64,000 nt of DNA from an uncultured cyanobacterium (GTDB lineage Bacteria > Cyanobacteriota > Cyanobacteriia > PCC-6307 > Cyanobiaceae), in contig CAVONQ010000018.1 in the NCBI GenBank assembly GCA_963697335.1, positions 352,001 through 416,000 of the forward strand, given 5' to 3'. Position numbers and translations under genes: made by a program. Each line of letters opens with the position of its first letter. The stretch's first letter is position 1. Below, one piece after another: positions 59,376-64,000 of the stretch. The notes under the pieces are model-generated. The model worked only from the letters and a program-made list of their open reading frames with translations. It did no database searches and was not told where the DNA came from.

Positions 59376-60250
59376 CCGCTCCTCCCATGGGCCTGTTCAT
59401 TGCTGCCCTGGCACCGGGGAGGGCCTTGGCGCTGTTGAACGAGCAGCACAGCCAGCAGCCCCAGCCAGCCGATCGCACCCCCCAGTGGGTTGGTGCCTGA
59501 GCCCACACCGCCGGGCCCGGCCCACCAGCCGGGCGCCTCGGCCGACACCGCCAGCAGCCCGCTCTGCACCAGGAACCAGCCGCCCACGAGGCCACCGTGC
59601 AGCGCCGCCGGCCCCCACAGCAGGCCGTTCCCCCCTTGCCTCTCCCGGGCCAGCACCACCCCCAGCAGGATCAGGCCCCCCAGCAGGCTGAATGCCAGGA
59701 GCCCATTCTCCTGATACCAGGGGTGCACCAAGCCAAACACCAGGGCCTGCAGCAGCAGCGCCAGGGGATCCTTCAGCCCCAGCCGCAGTTCACCCCAGAG
59801 CCAGCCGCGAAATAGCAGCTCCTCCGCCAGGCCCACGCCGCAGGCCAGCAGCAGGGCATTCACGAGCAGGCCCCCATCCAACCTGCCCAGCCAGCGGGCC
59901 TGCCCGCTGAGCAGCAGCGCCACGCTCACCAGTGCCAGCAAGGCCAGGGCTTTGGCCAACCCCCTGGCGGCGCTGGCCAGGGCTCGGCGGGGGCTGCAGA
60001 TGAGGCCAAGGGTCCTCCAGGGTCGCGACACCCCCCAGGCGGTGCGCAGACGCCACGGCAGCGTGGCCAGCAGAAGGGCAAAGGAGAGCGACACGCCGGC
60101 CAGGTCCACCTGGTCAGGCCGCCAGCCAGGTGCCAGCCAGCCCAGGGGCCGGGAGAGCAGGAAGCCCACGCCATAGAGCACGGGCACATAGAGCACCGTG
60201 CCCCACCAGCGGGGCATGGGTGCAGGCCCAGCCGGGCCTGGCGCCGCCAT
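59372..60250 (-). CDS. CPBP (CAAX protease/Abi) family intramembrane metalloprotease
   Basis: AEELLFRG, FGLVH, LHGG motifs; multiple TMs. Confidence 0.88.
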   Translation of the reverse strand: MAAPGPAGPAPMPRWWGTVLYVPVLYGVGFLLSRPLGWLAPGWRPDQVDLAGVSLSFALLLATLPWRLRTAWGVSRPWRTLGLICSPRRALASAARGLAKALALLALVSVALLLSGQARWLGRLDGGLLVNALLLACGVGLAEELLFRGWLWGELRLGLKDPLALLLQALVFGLVHPWYQENGLLAFSLLGGLILLGVVLARERQGGNGLLWGPAALHGGLVGGWFLVQSGLLAVSAEAPGWWAGPGGVGSGTNPLGGAIGWLGLLAVLLVQQRQGPPRCQGSNEQAHGRSG

Positions 60251-60573
60251 CAGGTTTCCGGTTCGAGGCTGCTGGTGAGCCCCTTGCCCTTGAGGGTTTC
60301 GCAGTAGAACTCCGCCGGTTCCAGATCGCAGACGATCACCAGGCCCACGCCGGTGTTGTGGGCCTCCAGCATCACCGCGATCGCGTCCTGCTCACTGAGC
60401 GAGGGCACCACCTGGCGCAGGGTGGTGACCACATAGTCCATCGCGTTGACGGGGTCGTTGTGGAGAAGGACTTTGTAGCGGGGTGATGGCTTGCGCACCC
60501 GCTGCGGGGCCTTCTCCATCACCGCAGCGCCGCCGCCCTCGCGGCCCGGGGCCGCCGTGGCTGTGGTTCGCAT
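60250..60573 (-). CDS. clpS: ATP-dependent Clp protease adaptor ClpS
   Basis: YKVLLHNDPVNAMDYV, MLEAHNTG, AEFYCE. Confidence 0.93.
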   Translation of the reverse strand: MRTTATAAPGREGGGAAVMEKAPQRVRKPSPRYKVLLHNDPVNAMDYVVTTLRQVVPSLSEQDAIAVMLEAHNTGVGLVIVCDLEPAEFYCETLKGKGLTSSLEPET

Positions 60574-60626
60574 GGCTGCCTCCTCGGTCACGACTGCTTT
60601 CACGACTGCCCTATTTAAGGATGGGA

Positions 60627-61853
60627 TCAAAGTCTGCGGATCCGCTGCATGGCCTCATCCACGTTGGCGCGGCTGTTGAAGGCTGAGAGGCGGAAATAGC
60701 CCTCTCCGGCGGCGCCGAAGCCGCTGCCCGGCGTGCCCACCACATGGGCCTGGCTCAGCAGCTTGTCGAAGAAGCCCCACGAATCCAGCCCGGCGGGTGT
60801 CTTGAGCCACACATAGGGCGCCTGCTCGCCGCCATACACCTGCAGGCCCGCCGCCGCCAGCTCGCGCCGGATGATCGCGGCGTTTTCCATGTAGAAGGCC
60901 ACCAGGTCCTTCACCTGGGTCTGCCCCTCGGCGGAATAGACCGCCTCGGCCCCGCGCTGCACGATGTAGCTGACGCCGTTGAACTTGGTGCTCTGGCGCC
61001 GGTTCCAGAGGCCCCAGAGCTCCACGGCTTCGCCGTTGGCCGCCGTGCCCATCAGGCCCCGCGGCACCACCGTGAAGGCGCAGCGGGTGCCGGTGAAGCC
61101 GGCGTTTTTGGAGAAGGAGCGGAACTCGATCGCGCACTCCCGGGCCCCCTCGATCTCGTAGATCGAATGGGGCAGCTCCGGATCCTGAATGAAGGCCTCG
61201 TAGGCGGCGTCGAACAGAATCAGGGCGCCGTGGGCGCGGGCGTAGTCCACCCAGGCCTTGAGCTGTTCCTTGCTGGCCACCGCACCGGTGGGGTTGTTAG
61301 GGAAGCAGAGGTAGATCAGATCCACCGGCTCGTTGGGGATCTGGGCGCTGAAGCCGTTCTCGGCATTGATCGGCAGGTAGGTGAGGCCGCCGTACTGGCC
61401 GCTCTCATCGGCCTCGCCGGTGCGGCCCGCCATCACGTTGCTGTCCACATACACCGGATACACCGGATCGGTCACGGCGATGCGGTTGTCCGGTCCGAGG
61501 ATGTCGAGGATATTGCTGCTGTCGCACTTGGAGCCGTCGGAGACGAAGATCTCCTCGGCGCTCACCTGGCAGCCGCGGGCCTGGAAATCGTGGGCGGCGA
61601 TCGCCTCGCGCAGCCAGCCGTAGCCCTGTTCCGGGCCATAGCCATGGAAGCCCTCGGCGGTGCCCATGGCATCGATCGCCGCCTTCATGGCGCTGCGGCA
61701 GGCCGCCGGCAGCGGTTCGGTGACATCGCCGATGCCGAGGCGGATCAGAGCGGCCCCGGGATGGGCCTCGCCGAAGGCCTTCACCCTCCGGGCGATCTCT
61801 GGAAACAGATACCCCGCCTTGAGCTTGAGGTAGTTGCCGTTGACCTGCACCAC
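60627..61853 (-). CDS. dapL: LL-diaminopimelate aminotransferase
   Basis: [41 protein letters not shown]. Confidence 0.96.
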   Translation of the reverse strand: MVQVNGNYLKLKAGYLFPEIARRVKAFGEAHPGAALIRLGIGDVTEPLPAACRSAMKAAIDAMGTAEGFHGYGPEQGYGWLREAIAAHDFQARGCQVSAEEIFVSDGSKCDSSNILDILGPDNRIAVTDPVYPVYVDSNVMAGRTGEADESGQYGGLTYLPINAENGFSAQIPNEPVDLIYLCFPNNPTGAVASKEQLKAWVDYARAHGALILFDAAYEAFIQDPELPHSIYEIEGARECAIEFRSFSKNAGFTGTRCAFTVVPRGLMGTAANGEAVELWGLWNRRQSTKFNGVSYIVQRGAEAVYSAEGQTQVKDLVAFYMENAAIIRRELAAAGLQVYGGEQAPYVWLKTPAGLDSWGFFDKLLSQAHVVGTPGSGFGAAGEGYFRLSAFNSRANVDEAMQRIRRL

Positions 61854-61951
61854 AGGGTTGCTGCCGAACTCCAGCGGGCATCCTGCTACGTCAGCTGGCT
61901 GCCGCGTGGCCCCGGGCTGCATACCATCGGCCCAGGCCTGCCCGCGCCCCC

Positions 61952-64000
61952 ATGACCGCCACTCCGACTGTCGTGGCCGCCGCGACCGAGCCGATCGACT
62001 TCGATGCCCTGATCGACCTCTCCATCAGCAAGCCGGCCCGCTACCTCGGCAACGAGCTCGGCGTGGAGCCCCGCGACTGGCACGCCGCCGCCGTGCGCTG
62101 GGCCCTCACCTACCCCGAGGTCTACGAGGTGGGGGCCAGCAACCTGGGCCACATCATTCTCTATTCCCTGCTCAATGCCGTTCCCGGCCAGCTCTGCGAC
62201 CGCGCCTACCTGCCGGCGCCCGACCTGGCCGAGCGGCTGCGGGAGCGGCAGCAGGCTCTGTTCGCGGTGGAGAGCCGCCGCCCCCTGCCGGCCTTCGACA
62301 TCCTCGGCTTCAGCCTCAGCTACGAGCTTGGCGGCACCAACATCCTCGAGATGCTGGACCTGGCCCGCTTGCCCCTTTGGGCCGACCAGCGCGGCGATCT
62401 GCCCCTGGGCCATCCCGGGGCGCCGCCCCTGATCTTCGCCGGGGGGCCCACGGCCACCAGCAACCCCGAGCCCTTCGCCGCCTTCTTCGACTTCATCGCC
62501 CTGGGCGATGGCGAGGAGCTGCTGCCGGAGATCGGCCTGGTGGTGGCCGAGGCCAAGGCGGCCGGCCTCAGCCGCCGCGACACCTTGCGGGACCTGGCCC
62601 AGGTGCCGGGCGTGTACGTGCCCGCTCTCTACGGGCCGGGCCCCGATGGAGTGGCGATCGTGCCCCTGGAACCCGGGCTGCCGCCGCGGATCCAGCGGCG
62701 CACCGCCAGCCCCATGCCCCACTACGCCATGGGGCTGGTGCCCCACATCGAAACGGTTCACGACCGCCTCACGGTGGAGATCCGGCGGGGCTGCACCCGC
62801 GGCTGCCGCTTCTGCCAGCCCGGCATGCTCACCCGGCCGGCCCGGGATGTGGAGCCCGAGGCGGTGATCGAGGCGGTCGAGGAGGGGATGCGCCGCACCG
62901 GCTACAGCGATTTCTCCCTGCTCTCGCTCAGCTGCTCCGACTACCTGGCTCTGCCGGCGGTGGGGGTGGAACTGCGCAACCGTCTGGCCGAGCAGAACGT
63001 GAGCCTCACCCTGCCCAGCCAGCGGGTGGATCGCTTCGACGATGACATCGCCCACATCCTCGGTGGTACCCGCAGGGCCGGGCTCACTTTTGCCCCGGAG
63101 GCCGGCACCCAGCGCCTGCGCGACATCGTCAACAAGGGCCTCACCGACGCCGAGCTGCTGCGGGGCCTGCGCACGGCCATGCAGAACGGCTACAGAAAGG
63201 TGAAGCTCTACTTCATGATCGGCCTGCCCGGCGAGAGCGACGCCGACGTGCTCGGCATCGCCGACACCTGCCGCGCTCTGCAGGAGCAGTGCCGCGATCT
63301 GGGCCGCCTGGAGTTGAACCTCACGATCAGCACCTTCACGCCCAAGCCCCACACCCCGTTCCAGTGGCACAGCGTCAGCGGCGAGGAATTGCGGCGCCGC
63401 CAGGGGCTGGTGCGCCAGGCCCTGCGCCAGCTGCGCGGCGTCAAGACCAACACCACCGACCTGCGCCTCTCCGCCGTCGAAGACTTCGTGGGCCGGGGCG
63501 ACCGGCGCCTGGCGCCGGTGATCGAGGCGGCCTGGCGGGCCGGCGCCGGCCTGGACGCCTGGTTTGAGTCGGCGGAGCGCAGCCATGCCGCCTGGACCGG
63601 GGCGATCGAGGCGGCCGGCCTGGGCGGCCGCTATCGCGCCCTGGAGATGGGGGCCTGGAGCGCCGCGGAAGCCCTCAGCGCCGATGACCTCGACGCCTTC
63701 TGCCGCCAGAGCCTGCCCTGGGACCACATCGACACCGGCGTCGACAAGCGCTGGCTCGCTGAAGACCTGCAGCGGGCCCTGGCCGCCACCGTGGTGCCGG
63801 ACTGCTCCTTCGAGGGCTGCAGCAGCTGTGGAGTGTGTGGACCGGAGCTGGGCCACAACGTGGTGATCCCGGCGCCCCCGGTACCGCCCCAGCTGCCGCC
63901 GCGGGCCCCCGCCTCGGAGCGGGTGCTGCGGCTGCGCTTCGGCTTTGCCAAGACCGGCAGCCTCGCCCTGATCAGCCACCTCGACACATTGCGTCTGCTG
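61952..64000 (+). CDS. B12-binding radical SAM protein (TIGR03960-like, fused TIGR03936-like domain), truncated by window end
   Basis: Hand translation MTATPT...[38 protein letters not shown], ending [19 protein letters not shown]; absent from ORF track because it has no stop. Confidence 0.88.
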   Translation, partial: MTATPTVVAAATEPIDFDALIDLSISKPARYLGNELGVEPRDWHAAAVRWALTYPEVYEVGASNLGHIILYSLLNAVPGQLCDRAYLPAPDLAERLRERQQALFAVESRRPLPAFDILGFSLSYELGGTNILEMLDLARLPLWADQRGDLPLGHPGAPPLIFAGGPTATSNPEPFAAFFDFIALGDGEELLPEIGLVVAEAKAAGLSRRDTLRDLAQVPGVYVPALYGPGPDGVAIVPLEPGLPPRIQRRTASPMPHYAMGLVPHIETVHDRLTVEIRRGCTRGCRFCQPGMLTRPARDVEPEAVIEAVEEGMRRTGYSDFSLLSLSCSDYLALPAVGVELRNRLAEQNVSLTLPSQRVDRFDDDIAHILGGTRRAGLTFAPEAGTQRLRDIVNKGLTDAELLRGLRTAMQNGYRKVKLYFMIGLPGESDADVLGIADTCRALQEQCRDLGRLELNLTISTFTPKPHTPFQWHSVSGEELRRRQGLVRQALRQLRGVKTNTTDLRLSAVEDFVGRGDRRLAPVIEAAWRAGAGLDAWFESAERSHAAWTGAIEAAGLGGRYRALEMGAWSAAEALSADDLDAFCRQSLPWDHIDTGVDKRWLAEDLQRALAATVVPDCSFEGCSSCGVCGPELGHNVVIPAPPVPPQLPPRAPASERVLRLRFGFAKTGSLALISHLDTLRLL

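Noticed and set aside
59372..60250. CPBP/Abi protease as the bacteriocin immunity gene
   Set aside because: Host-like high GC, opposite strand, and coupled to the clpS-dapL backbone operon; adjacency is probably due to the insertion site, though a role is not excluded
5026..61603. Scattered GCGATCGC (HIP1) octamers
   Set aside because: Several seen, but this is a general cyanobacterial feature and enrichment cannot be judged without counting against expectation

Overview
High-GC picocyanobacterial chromosome segment, Cyanobium/Synechococcus-like by gene content. Most of it is conserved housekeeping and photosynthesis backbone: leuD, psbI/N/H, tatA, pth, ntcA, dcd, thyX, glmM, ileS, crtR, gatC, ndhP, pyrB, coaBC, psbO, sat, ftsH, aroC, psbA, cofG, clpS, dapL and two tRNAs. 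Two accessory blocks stand out. (1) About 18.4-22.8 kb: an acsF-heme oxygenase-hemN low-oxygen-type tetrapyrrole operon with a divergent Cys-free ArsR regulator. (2) About 50.1-59.4 kb, the most interesting part: a more AT-rich island that looks like a complete RiPP-type system. It encodes a C39-peptidase ABC exporter, an HlyD adaptor, two 75-76 aa precursors with a conserved 38-aa double-glycine leader and protamine/RS-domain-like Cys-free cores, an 830-aa fused APH-type kinase/HopA1-like protein whose lyase residues look degenerate, and an OmpR/sensor kinase pair. Each precursor has the same operator of three heptads at 11-bp period, 10 nt before a -10 box. The inferred product is a secreted poly-Arg peptide with phosphorylated (or dehydrated) serines. 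Two apparent frameshifts in housekeeping genes (LptD-like, trmB) may be sequencing errors. Family assignments come from motif recognition only; no database search was run.
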